A DNA stretch of 64,000 bases from an uncultured Desulfospira sp. (lineage in GTDB: Bacteria > Desulfobacterota > Desulfobacteria > Desulfobacterales > Desulfobacteraceae): contig OY760175.1 of assembly GCA_963663165.1 (NCBI GenBank), positions 3,360,001-3,424,000 of the forward strand, read 5' to 3'. The position numbers were made by a program, and so were the translations under genes. Of the stretch, positions 1 to 8,657 are shown one piece after another. Numbering within the stretch: the first letter of the stretch is position 1; each line of letters starts with the position of its first letter. Under the pieces are notes generated by a model that worked only from the letters and a program-made list of their open reading frames with translations, was not told where the DNA came from and did not search any database.

Positions 1-246
1 CAATAGCCGCGCATCCTCCCCTGAAAAATCCAGTGGTTCCAGATCCATTTTTAAAGCCATTTCTAATGGATTAAATTGAATATCAATCTTGCCAATTGAA
101 GTTTTAATCATAAGTTCGGCTATGCTGACAGCACTGAAAAACACCTCATTTAAAGGGACTTCAAGTTCGTATCGACGTTCATCCGACAATTTTTCCGGGC
201 AGGAAAGCATCCATAAAAAGATATGCGTATCTATCAGAATCCGCAT
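1..246 (-). CDS. PIN-domain (VapC-type) toxin, 3' end runs off the window
   Basis: Read manually: ATG at 246-244 overlaps the antitoxin TAA (TAATG). Translation MRILIDTHIFLWMLS...FSAVSIAELMIK has the DTH and SxxE PIN motifs. Confidence 0.85.
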   Translation of the reverse strand, partial: MRILIDTHIFLWMLSCPEKLSDERRYELEVPLNEVFFSAVSIAELMIKTSIGKIDIQFNPLEMALKMDLEPLDFSGEDARLL

Positions 247-476
247 TATTCGCCACCATAAAACAATGCATTGATTTCTTGGCTTTCATCCAGAAAATCA
301 TCCGGGATGGCGATTTCCCCTTTCATCAGCCCAAGTTTACGCTTTGTTTTTGTTCTATGGGGCACCAGTCTTACAAGGGGAAGATTGTTTTTAGCAATAA
401 TGATATCTTCTCCCTGAAAAGCCATATCAACCAACTTGGACAATTTTGCCTTTGCTTCCGATACATTAACGATCAT
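246..476 (-). CDS. Phd/YefM-family antitoxin
   Basis: VNVSEAKAKLSKLVDMAFQGEDIIIAK..P.VRLVP is the Phd-type N-terminus; translationally coupled to the PIN gene. Confidence 0.9.
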   Translation of the reverse strand: MIVNVSEAKAKLSKLVDMAFQGEDIIIAKNNLPLVRLVPHRTKTKRKLGLMKGEIAIPDDFLDESQEINALFYGGE

Positions 477-617
477 TTTTGAAATCTCCGGTTATTTTCA
501 CAAAACAGCCAGTGGACCCATACTACCAATTCGGACCAAGTTGGTCAAGCGATAGCCTGGGAGTAACCAGGGAAATCGCATGTAACTTTCCGACTGTTTA
601 AGACTACCGAATGCAGC

Positions 618-804
618 TTCAGTGCGCAGCACTGAAACTAAAGTGTTTCTCTGTGCCCCTCCGTGGTTAAATTTAAAGAGTGGGCGAAGCCCAAAATTTA
701 TAAAACCAGGAGGTTAAAGAAGAATAATTCAACCCCTTCGGGATTTCATATTTTTAAACCACAGAGAGGCACAGAGGTTTGGCTTACGCCAAACACCACA
801 GAGG
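618..804 (+). repeat. Dispersed structured repeat family A, copy 1 (187 bp)
   Basis: Closely matches the reverse complement of 29322-29508 and part of 49855-49960; contains several hairpins. Confidence 0.9.
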
Positions 805-897
805 CGCGGACCTTGAATGCATATGTAAAGAAAAATCATCGAGGATAATTTTTTTACATGCGATTGCCCTGTGGGAGAGACCGAAGGGTTCGCGACA

Positions 898-936
898 TCC
901 GGTCTTCCGTTTCCGGCCCCCGGTTTCCCGTCTCCC
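898..936. repeat. Degenerate heptamer tandem repeat (TTTCCGG/TCTCCGG-like)
   Basis: tccggtc ttccgtt tccggcc cccggtt tcccgtc; a similar tract lies at 29575-29606. Confidence 0.5.
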
Positions 937-1005
937 TTGACAAAGCCTGATACAGCTGTAAAATTGCCCTGTTTGTTAAACTTTGAAAACAGGATATCCC
1001 TTTGC

Positions 1006-2427
1006 ATGGATCATGAAAAACAGCCGGACCGGATCACCATTCTCAATGCCCGGTTCCAGGGGCTGAGAGTGGATCAGTTTACCGCACAGCCGGGCCAGGC
1101 ATGGTGTATCCTGGGCCTGAACCGGTCCGGCATTGACCGGTTTTTCAGGCTGCTGTGCCAAAATCCCGCAGATATTGACGCCCGGCAGATGGTTCTGCCC
1201 CCCAATATGGGATCGGTTTCCTTTAAAGATCAGCAGGACATTTACGAGGCGGAATTAAAAAAAGATGACACCGATTTCATGGATAAAATCGACCCCGGGA
1301 CCCTGGCCAAAGAATTTATCCATGACATGGATTCCCACTGGGAGCTGATTGAGGCCCTTGACATGGCCGGGTCTCTTTCCAAAGGATACCGGCAGCTGAG
1401 CACCGGGCAGTCCAGAAAACTGATGCTGCTGTCCCGGATTTCAAAGGGACTGGCCTGCCTGGCCGTTCAATGCCCTTATGACGGACTGGACGCCCGGACC
1501 GGCAAAGAGCTGGACCGGGCCATGGAAAAGCTGTTTCGCCAGGGAATTCTAATTATTGTTTTCGTGAACAATACCGGGGATGTGCCGTCCTGGTGCACCC
1601 ATATCGGCCTGGTGGAAGACCAGCGCCTTAAGCACCAGGGGAAAAGAGATCCCATGATGGCGGTTCTGGAGGATCAATTCTCTCAGGCATCGCCGGATTT
1701 CAAGGCCCGGGTTGAGGATGTATCCGGAACCCGGGAAGGTGAACCTGAGGATAATGGCCGTGAACTGGTCCGGCTGAAAAACGGCCGGGCCGGATACCAG
1801 GGAGAACCGGTTTTCAAAGGCCTTAACCTGAGCATCCATGAGGGCGGCCACACCCTGGTGACCGGCCCCAACGGGTGCGGCAAGTCCACCCTTCTGCAAG
1901 TGGTCACCGGCGACCATCCGGCCTGTTACAGCAACGATCTACGGATATTCGGGATCCAGCGGGGAACCGGGGAATCCATCTGGGAGTTAAAGGCCCATAT
2001 GGGCATTGTCAGTTCCGACCTTCACCGGAACTACCTGGTCCCGGGAAACACCCTTCACTGTATCATCTCCGGTTTGTTTGACTCCATTGGCCTGTATCAG
2101 CCCTACTCCCCTGACGACGAGCAAAAGGCCCTGACCTGGCTGGACCGCTTAGGGCTGTCCCACAAAGCCCTCACCCCTTTCAGGGACCTGACCTATGCCC
2201 GGCAGCGCCTGGTTCTCATTGCCCGGGCCCTGATCAAGATGCCGAGGCTTTTGGTACTGGACGAGCCCACCCAGGGGCTGGATGAACTGAACCGGAAAGC
2301 GGTCCTGGACTTTCTGGAAGGAATTGCCAGAGAAAAGCTTAGCACCATCCTTTATGTGAGCCACCGGGAGGACGAATTCCGTCCCTTTTTTGTCCAGCGC
2401 CTTGACATGGGCCGCGGCAGCCGATGA
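1006..2427 (+). CDS. modF: ModF-like ABC ATP-binding protein with two NBDs
   Basis: C-terminal NBD has GPNGCGKS and LVLDEP; GTGESIWELK.HMG.VS matches ModF. Start moved to ATG 1006 because the ORF-track extension runs through a repeat. Confidence 0.75.
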   Translation: MDHEKQPDRITILNARFQGLRVDQFTAQPGQAWCILGLNRSGIDRFFRLLCQNPADIDARQMVLPPNMGSVSFKDQQDIYEAELKKDDTDFMDKIDPGTLAKEFIHDMDSHWELIEALDMAGSLSKGYRQLSTGQSRKLMLLSRISKGLACLAVQCPYDGLDARTGKELDRAMEKLFRQGILIIVFVNNTGDVPSWCTHIGLVEDQRLKHQGKRDPMMAVLEDQFSQASPDFKARVEDVSGTREGEPEDNGRELVRLKNGRAGYQGEPVFKGLNLSIHEGGHTLVTGPNGCGKSTLLQVVTGDHPACYSNDLRIFGIQRGTGESIWELKAHMGIVSSDLHRNYLVPGNTLHCIISGLFDSIGLYQPYSPDDEQKALTWLDRLGLSHKALTPFRDLTYARQRLVLIARALIKMPRLLVLDEPTQGLDELNRKAVLDFLEGIAREKLSTILYVSHREDEFRPFFVQRLDMGRGSR

Positions 2428-3755
2428 AGATCAGCAAAATATGGCCTGTTCTGATCGGGATCTTTGTTGTGCTGGCAGCCGGCCTTCCCGCCTTAAACGG
2501 CGTTTTACTGGAGCGGTTTCTTAACCATTGGGGTCTTGAAAACCGGACAGACGCTGTTGAAATCCTGTCCATTGACCGGGGATTGTTTTCGTCGGCCATT
2601 GAATGGAAACTGACCTGCCCGTTTCCCTTTGCCGGGGCTAAGGATATCCGGGTTACGGACCGGGCCCGCCATGGGTGTTTCGCCGTCACCTCAACCAGCA
2701 GTCTGGAAAAAAACCCCTGGTTTGAAAAATTTTGCACCCGGTTTCCCGATGGGAAACCGCCCTTTGAAATAACCACCCAATATAAGATTTCAGGGACCGT
2801 TACCGCCCATATCGCCTTAGAGGAATGCACGTTCACTTCCCAGGGGCAAACCGTTGAGCTTCAAGCCGGAACGGTTCATCTGGCAATGGACCGGCATCAG
2901 CAGATCTCGTTTCTGGCAAACTGGGGCGGCGGCCATATCCCCGAAAAATTTGAATCCGGTCCCCTAAACGTTGATTCCCGGTTAAAGAAAATCCAGGAGC
3001 GGATCTGGGACGGCCGCCTGGCCGTTCGGGCAGACCATATCCGGTCTTTGGACAGGCTTCAGCCTTTTGAAGCAAGCCGGGCGGCCCTCACCATTGATTC
3101 CGGGTTTGATCCGGAAACCAGCCGTTTGTGCCTTGGCCTTGGCGCTTCTTTTGAGGTCCTGAATCAAGGGGATGGCCCTGTTCTCAGGGACGGGAACGGG
3201 CGGCTTGAGCTTAACCGGGTGAACGCCTATGGGTGGCAGTGGGCAACCGGCCTGTTTTCAGATATCGGACAAGGTGCGGTTGACGGCCTGATACAGGGAC
3301 GGCCGGTCACAGACAGCTTGAACCAGGCAGTTCAGGCCGTTTCCGGCAGGGCTGGTTTCCAGTTTTTCAGCCAGTGTGACCGGCTGCTGAAACAGGGCCT
3401 GGAAATCAGGGCCAAAGACGTAACCGTCCAAATTGATGAGGACACGCCCGGCCAGGTCACGGCCGACATGGCCCTGGCCTTGAAAAAAAACATGACCCTG
3501 GCCGGGTTTATCCCCATTGTTTTAAGGCCGGGTTCCCTTTTTGAAATTTTAGATGTAAAAACATCCATTGGCCTGCCCCTTGCCATGGCCCGCAAAGCCC
3601 CCGATCTGTTAAGGCCGGTGGTGCCCGGCATGGGGGCCGCGCTTTTTGTCCGCAAAAAAGACAGGCTGTCCCATACAGCCGAAACCCGGCAAGGCCGTCT
3701 GTTTTTAAATGATCAGGAGGTGATGTTTGAGCCGCATTCGCTATTCTCATTTTGA
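2424..3755 (+). CDS. YdgA/DUF945-like exported protein
   Basis: N-terminal hydrophobic anchor followed by a DRGLFSS motif, with a C-terminal G.L.LN motif typical of DUF945. Confidence 0.6.
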   Translation: MKISKIWPVLIGIFVVLAAGLPALNGVLLERFLNHWGLENRTDAVEILSIDRGLFSSAIEWKLTCPFPFAGAKDIRVTDRARHGCFAVTSTSSLEKNPWFEKFCTRFPDGKPPFEITTQYKISGTVTAHIALEECTFTSQGQTVELQAGTVHLAMDRHQQISFLANWGGGHIPEKFESGPLNVDSRLKKIQERIWDGRLAVRADHIRSLDRLQPFEASRAALTIDSGFDPETSRLCLGLGASFEVLNQGDGPVLRDGNGRLELNRVNAYGWQWATGLFSDIGQGAVDGLIQGRPVTDSLNQAVQAVSGRAGFQFFSQCDRLLKQGLEIRAKDVTVQIDEDTPGQVTADMALALKKNMTLAGFIPIVLRPGSLFEILDVKTSIGLPLAMARKAPDLLRPVVPGMGAALFVRKKDRLSHTAETRQGRLFLNDQEVMFEPHSLFSF

Positions 3756-4206
3756 TTCCCCCGTGGGCCGGCTTTTGCTTTTTGGCCGGGATAAACTGGA
3801 AGGGATAAGCTTTCCCACAGGGTCAACCCGGATCATCCCTGAAACAGAGTGGGTTCCGGATAATGCAGGGTTTAAGGAGGCCGCAGACCAGCTTGCGGCT
3901 TACTTTAAAGGGGAACTAAAGGCCTTTAACCTTGCCATGGACCTTAAGGGAACCCCTTTTCAGAAACAGGTCTGGGAAGAACTGGCCAGGATTCCCTACG
4001 GCGAAACCATTTCCTACGGGCAGCTGGCCGACAGGGTCGGCAACCCCAAAGCGGCCAGGGCCGTGGGCATGGCCAATAAAAAGAACCCCATTCCCATTAT
4101 CATTCCCTGCCACCGGGTGATCGGCAAAAACGGCCGTTTGACCGGATTCGGCGGGGGGATAGACATCAAGGCCAAACTGCTGGAACTGGAAAAAAAGCAT
4201 GCCTGA
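3727..4206 (+). CDS. ogt: Methylated-DNA-protein-cysteine methyltransferase
   Basis: GTPFQKQVW, IPYGETISY, AARAVG and the IIPCHRV active site. Confidence 0.95.
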   Translation: MSRIRYSHFDSPVGRLLLFGRDKLEGISFPTGSTRIIPETEWVPDNAGFKEAADQLAAYFKGELKAFNLAMDLKGTPFQKQVWEELARIPYGETISYGQLADRVGNPKAARAVGMANKKNPIPIIIPCHRVIGKNGRLTGFGGGIDIKAKLLELEKKHA

Positions 4207-4350
4207 ACCGGGGTGCCGTGTCCCATAAAAACAAAGTCTTTGCACCTGAACTTCTCAATGGTTCAGCTGTAAAAATCAATTGGACTTTATTTCTTCTGCC
4301 TGATAAAGAAGGGAACAGTTTTTTCCCTGGAATACAGGGAATATATCTGT

Positions 4351-4392
4351 TAACGGTCACGGGTTGAAAGCCCGCAACAAACCATGAAAGAC
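4351..4392 (-). repeat. Repeat family B, short-stem variant
   Basis: taacggtcacggg-ttgaaa-gcccgcaacaaaccatgaaag matches the family-B flanks with hairpin 2 shortened to a GAAA-capped stem. Confidence 0.6.
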
Positions 4393-4413
4393 ATGAAGGT
4401 CAAAGAACCTGCA

Positions 4414-4452
4414 AGCCCTAAAAGCCTTCAGCCTGAATCCCTTCAGCCTTTC
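4414..4452. repeat. Degenerate ~8-bp tandem repeat (CCTTCAGC-like)
   Basis: agccctaa aagccttc agcctgaa tcccttc agcctttc. Confidence 0.45.
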
Positions 4453-4481
4453 ATATTCACCCCCCATACAGGAGAAAACTT

Positions 4482-4832
4482 ATGGCCAATTTTTTGTTTG
4501 TTTTGAGCAAGGATAATAATGAGTCTGCCACCAGATGTTTTCAGTTTGCCAAAATCGCCCATTCAAAGGGGCACCATGTGGACCTGTTTTTTATAGACGG
4601 CGGCGTCATGTGGGCGGACAAAAACCGGGATTTATCCATTAAAACCGACACCGGTGACTGCCCGGCCGATTACCTGCCATACCTTGTGGAAAATGAAGTC
4701 ACCACCGGCATCTGCACCCCCTGCGCCAAAAACCGCGGCCTGGATGAATCCAATTTTTTCACCAACATGCAGCTGGACGGCGGGCCTCATCTGATTGACA
4801 TGGCCGCAGAAGCCAAGACCTTTAATTTCTGA
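4482..4832 (+). CDS. DsrE/DsrF-like family protein
   Basis: VDLFFIDGGV and ICTPCAKNRG motifs, 116 aa, RBS AGGAG. Confidence 0.8.
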   Translation: MANFLFVLSKDNNESATRCFQFAKIAHSKGHHVDLFFIDGGVMWADKNRDLSIKTDTGDCPADYLPYLVENEVTTGICTPCAKNRGLDESNFFTNMQLDGGPHLIDMAAEAKTFNF

Positions 4833-4855
4833 TCCGGATATTTTTTTTAAGATAC

Positions 4856-4904
4856 AAAGGCCGGCCGGAAAGCGATACGCACTTTCCGGCCGGCCTTTTC
4901 TTTT
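4856..4904 (+). terminator. Intrinsic terminator
   Basis: aaaggccggccggaaag / ctttccggccggccttt stem followed by a T-rich tail just after the DsrE stop. Confidence 0.85.
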
Positions 4905-5066
4905 GCCGTTGATTCCCCTGGGGAACCGCATTTGAAATAATACATTAAATTCACAACCGATATCAGAATATCATGCCGGTTATCCTGAACAATCATGGGC
5001 ACCATTCTGATACACCCGGTAAATTCAGGCCCACGCCTATCATTTAGACAGATGACATCTCTCATC

Positions 5067-5079
5067 TATCATTTTGATA
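5067..5079. promoter_or_regulatory. Candidate enhancer (UAS) for a sigma-54 activator
   Basis: Palindrome TATCA-TTT-TGATA about 85 bp upstream of the -24/-12 element. Confidence 0.4.
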
Positions 5080-5160
5080 CCCCCTCAACACTCCCTTTTT
5101 GAGGTGCCGGATATCCCTTTTTCCCTGACTGGCGGCTGGTTTCGTGAATCACAGCACGGT

Positions 5161-5176
5161 TGGCCCGGATGTTGCT
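5161..5176 (+). promoter_or_regulatory. Sigma-54 (-24/-12) promoter
   Basis: TGGCCCGGATGTTGCT has GG-N10-GC spacing and matches TGGCAC-N5-TTGCW. Confidence 0.7.
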
Positions 5177-5257
5177 GATGTTGTTCATTGGGTTGCCGGA
5201 ACAACCCAAACAGATACAAGAGAAACCATGTCCGACAAGATAGATAAAGGGGGTTTT

Positions 5258-6496
5258 ATGAAACCAAGTGAACACCGCATTCTCATTGTGGATAGCGACC
5301 CACTGAACCGCGAGGCGCTCAGTGCCGATTTGAAAGAACGGGGATTCCGGGTCAGTATGGCCGAAAACAACGCCCAGGCCCTGGAAATGATAAATGAAAA
5401 AACGCCGGACCTGATCCTGCTGGACATTATCATGCCCCAGACAGAGGGGGTCCATGTTTTGAAGCAGCTCAAATCTGATCCTGATCTGATGCATGTTCCT
5501 GTGATTGTCATCTCTGCCCCGGGGGGCCGCAAAGATGCGGCTAAATGTATTGAACTGGGCGCTGAAGACCACATCACCAAGCCTTTTGAAACGATTTTTC
5601 TTCATGCCAGAATCAAGGCCGGCTTAAATAAAAACAGGGCGCGCAAACAACAAGAAGAATTGGAACAAACCAGAATCCGCGTGGCCATGGAAACAGGACG
5701 TGCCCAGCAGGCGGCCCTGGCCCTTTACGCCGCAGGCAATGCCCTGCCCGGTGCCGCCAGCGCCGCACAATCCCTTGAGCGGTTGAGCAGCCGGGGTATC
5801 CTCAATCTGCTGAACAGGTGCCACGATGAACTGAAAAGCAATCACCGGCTGCTCGAACTCTTTTTTCAAGAGGAAAAAGCCGGCAAATTATTCGGTTACA
5901 TGGGCGAACTGATCGGGGACCTGAATATCAGGTCAGGCCAAATTATAGAGGCACACGACCGGATCAGTACAAGCATTAACAGTATTTCACAAATCCTCGA
6001 CCTTCAGCGAAATTACCCCACAGCCCCCAACGGCAGTATCGAAGAAATTGACCTCAACAGCATGGTCCAGGATCTGCTCCTGGTGCAGCAGCCTGTCCTG
6101 AACAAGCATGGCATTGCTGTCAGAAAAAAAATATCTAATGAGATCCCGCTGGTTAAAACAGATAAAGGCCGTCTTATGCAGACTGCCATTAACCTGATCC
6201 GCAACAGCTGTGAGGCGTTTAAGGCCGATTTTTTCCAGGGATATAAAAGAAAACTGGTCATAGAAACCGGTATGGAAGAGGGAAAGGCTTTCCTGAGATT
6301 TGAGGACAATGGCGCGGGTATCCCTGATGAGTTCCTGCAAAAGGTTTTTGATTTTGACTATTCCACCAAAGGCGCATTCGGGTACGGGCTGTATTATTGC
6401 AAACAGTTCCTGGAGTCCATCGGAGGCCGGATACAGATCAGCAGCGGCCACAAAGTAACCCGGGTCACCCTTTTTCCTGAAGCTCAGATATCCTGA
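5258..6496 (+). CDS. Receiver + HATPase hybrid protein with a degenerate H-box
   Basis: REC (LILLDIIMP, TKPF), N box (INLIRNS), G1 (FEDNGAGI), F/G2 (YSTKG..GYGL). H-box region reads ALALYAAGNA. RBS AAGGGGG precedes ATG 5258; alternative start 5228. Confidence 0.8.
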   Translation: MKPSEHRILIVDSDPLNREALSADLKERGFRVSMAENNAQALEMINEKTPDLILLDIIMPQTEGVHVLKQLKSDPDLMHVPVIVISAPGGRKDAAKCIELGAEDHITKPFETIFLHARIKAGLNKNRARKQQEELEQTRIRVAMETGRAQQAALALYAAGNALPGAASAAQSLERLSSRGILNLLNRCHDELKSNHRLLELFFQEEKAGKLFGYMGELIGDLNIRSGQIIEAHDRISTSINSISQILDLQRNYPTAPNGSIEEIDLNSMVQDLLLVQQPVLNKHGIAVRKKISNEIPLVKTDKGRLMQTAINLIRNSCEAFKADFFQGYKRKLVIETGMEEGKAFLRFEDNGAGIPDEFLQKVFDFDYSTKGAFGYGLYYCKQFLESIGGRIQISSGHKVTRVTLFPEAQIS

Positions 6497-7854
6497 TCCC
6501 TTGGCCAGTATTTTGTAATCTTCCGATACAGGGTGGCCTCTCCGATTCCCAGTAATTCTGATGCGTTGTGCCGGTGATTGCCGCATTTTTTCAATGCATT
6601 CTCAATGGCAGCTTTTTCATAAGCTGCCATTGAGTCGTCCAAAGGGAGTGCCGCAAGGGCAGAGGCCTTAGGGCCGGATATCCCTGAGGGCAGATCTGAA
6701 AGCAAAATCTCTTTTTCGCGGCTCAGGGCCATGGCCCTTCGAACGACATTCTCCAACTCCCTGACATTCCCCGGCCATGGGTATTTTTCCATATGGGCAA
6801 GGGCGTCTACTGAAATCCCTTCTATTGAAGAAAATTCAGTTTTATGCCTCTGGATAAAATGTTTGACAAGGTATGCAATATCCTCCACCCGGTCCCGTAA
6901 GGGCGGAACCTTAATATTGACGGTGTCCAGCCGGTAGTAAAGATCCTCCCTGAACCTGTTTTCCGAAATTTCCGATTTAAGGTCCCGATTGGTCGCGGCC
7001 ACAATTCTGATATCCACCTGTTTTGCCTGGACAGACCCCACGGGCCGGATCTCCTTTTCCTGAAGCACCCGCAGCAGTTTTGCCTGAATTTTCAAAGGGA
7101 CTTCCCCAATTTCGTCAAAAAAAAGCGTCCCTTTGTGCGCCGTTAGAACAAGGCCTTTAAAATCCTGGTGCGCACCGGTGAACGAGCCTTTTACATGGCC
7201 GAACAACTCACTTTCCATCATGGTTTCATTTATTGTGGTGCAGTCAACAACAACAAATGCCTGGTCTGATCGCTGGCTGTGGTGATGGAGTGCTTTTGCC
7301 ACCAATTCCTTTCCGGTTCCTGTCTCGCCCTGGATTAAAACCGTGGCATCAGACTGGCTGGCTTTACTGATCATCTTTTTCAACGCAAGGGTGCCTGGAG
7401 AGGCCCCGATCAATTTGTTGTACTTAAACCGCAGCCCCATTTCTTCTTTGAGCTGCTGATTTTCCGTTTTTAACTTGTAGATTTCAAACAACTGCCGGAC
7501 TTTGGAAACCAGGCTTTCTATGACAAAAGGCTTTTCAATAAAATCCTCTGCACCGCTGTTAATGGCTTCTACCGCCTCTTTGATGCTGCCGTGGCCTGAA
7601 AGCATTATGGCCATGACCGAAGGATACCGGCGTTTTATCTCTTTGAGCAGGGAAAGCCCGCTCATTGCCGGCATCCTCAAATCAATGAGCGCTACATTGA
7701 TTCTTGTCCGTGACATTAGATCAAGGGCCGCTTCTCCGCTCCGCGCTTTAAACAAAAGGTAGCCTTCATTAAGAAACGCCCGGTTCAGAACAGATAAAAT
7801 ACCGTCTTCATCATCAACAAAAAGCAGGGAAAAGGAGGTTATCCCTGAATTCAT
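6484..7854 (-). CDS. NtrC-family sigma-54-dependent response regulator
   Basis: REC, GETGTGKE, ESELFGHVKGSFTGA, FFDEIGE, WPGNVRELEN and a Fis HTH. Start taken at MNSG (7854). Confidence 0.95.
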   Translation of the reverse strand: MNSGITSFSLLFVDDEDGILSVLNRAFLNEGYLLFKARSGEAALDLMSRTRINVALIDLRMPAMSGLSLLKEIKRRYPSVMAIMLSGHGSIKEAVEAINSGAEDFIEKPFVIESLVSKVRQLFEIYKLKTENQQLKEEMGLRFKYNKLIGASPGTLALKKMISKASQSDATVLIQGETGTGKELVAKALHHHSQRSDQAFVVVDCTTINETMMESELFGHVKGSFTGAHQDFKGLVLTAHKGTLFFDEIGEVPLKIQAKLLRVLQEKEIRPVGSVQAKQVDIRIVAATNRDLKSEISENRFREDLYYRLDTVNIKVPPLRDRVEDIAYLVKHFIQRHKTEFSSIEGISVDALAHMEKYPWPGNVRELENVVRRAMALSREKEILLSDLPSGISGPKASALAALPLDDSMAAYEKAAIENALKKCGNHRHNASELLGIGEATLYRKITKYWPRDQDI

Positions 7855-8404
7855 AAGCACCCCTTTGAAAATTTGTGTTTCGCCAGACAGTCCTAACCTG
7901 GAAACCGCATGGAACAAGTCTTATTTAAACCAGGGCTTGCCCAAGGGGAGACATTTAAAACCGTAAAGGTTCAGCATCAGAGGCCATCTGAATCTTCCCG
8001 CCGTTGTTTTGCAACACATTAAAAAAATGGTGATGGGTTCTTATGGCAAGAATATAACAAGCGCAAACGGTTTTCAACCTCGGAGTTTTCCCCCCAAAAA
8101 AGGCACGGCTTAAAACAGAGAAGCAAAATCCCCGGATTTCCAGATTCTTCACACGGCCGGCTTGAATCTCTTTGGGATACATTCTCCGCCCGCTTTTATC
8201 ATAATAGAAAATTGGGGATGTTCGGATCCGGTATACGGCCCAATGGACACATATCCCATCCGCTCAAAAAACAGGACTGGCATCCCGTTTCCGGCCGTCA
8301 GGAGTGGTCAGAAGGATTCCGACAGGAACATTCTGGGTTAAGGCATTCAGTTTTTCTTTAGGGCTTAGGCATCGCGCAAAAACAAACCACACATCTTGCT
8401 TGCC

Positions 8405-8482
8405 TTTTTATCCGTATTCTTCGTTGGGGCAACGCTTACATAGCTCGTTATGCGCACATTGCCCCGCCTTGAATACGAAAAA
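8405..8482. repeat. REP-like long imperfect palindrome
   Basis: cgtattc..ggggcaa..catagc..tatgc..ttgcccc..gaatacg; its core resembles cacatagc...ctatgc at about 8986-9002. Confidence 0.5.
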
Positions 8483-8657
8483 GAATTCGGCGCAATATAT
8501 GCAATTTTTTTTTCTGCGCGCTGCCTTAATTGAAAATTTACCATGGTTGATTCTCAAAATCTCTTGAGAAAATTTTTAGAATGCAGTAGTTTTGGGCATA
8601 TCAGACTGACAAATTTTTACGGCCCATATCGATCGTTGGCGATTTGAGAGGGGCATA

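Noticed and set aside
663..848. Small ORF, and the similar ORF 29112..29522, sharing KTRRLKKNNSTPSG
   Set aside because: The similarity is translation of repeat family A; no RBS or coding evidence.
7170..7190. GSFTGA instead of GAFTGA in the NtrC activator
   Set aside because: A common functional variant in sigma-54 activators.
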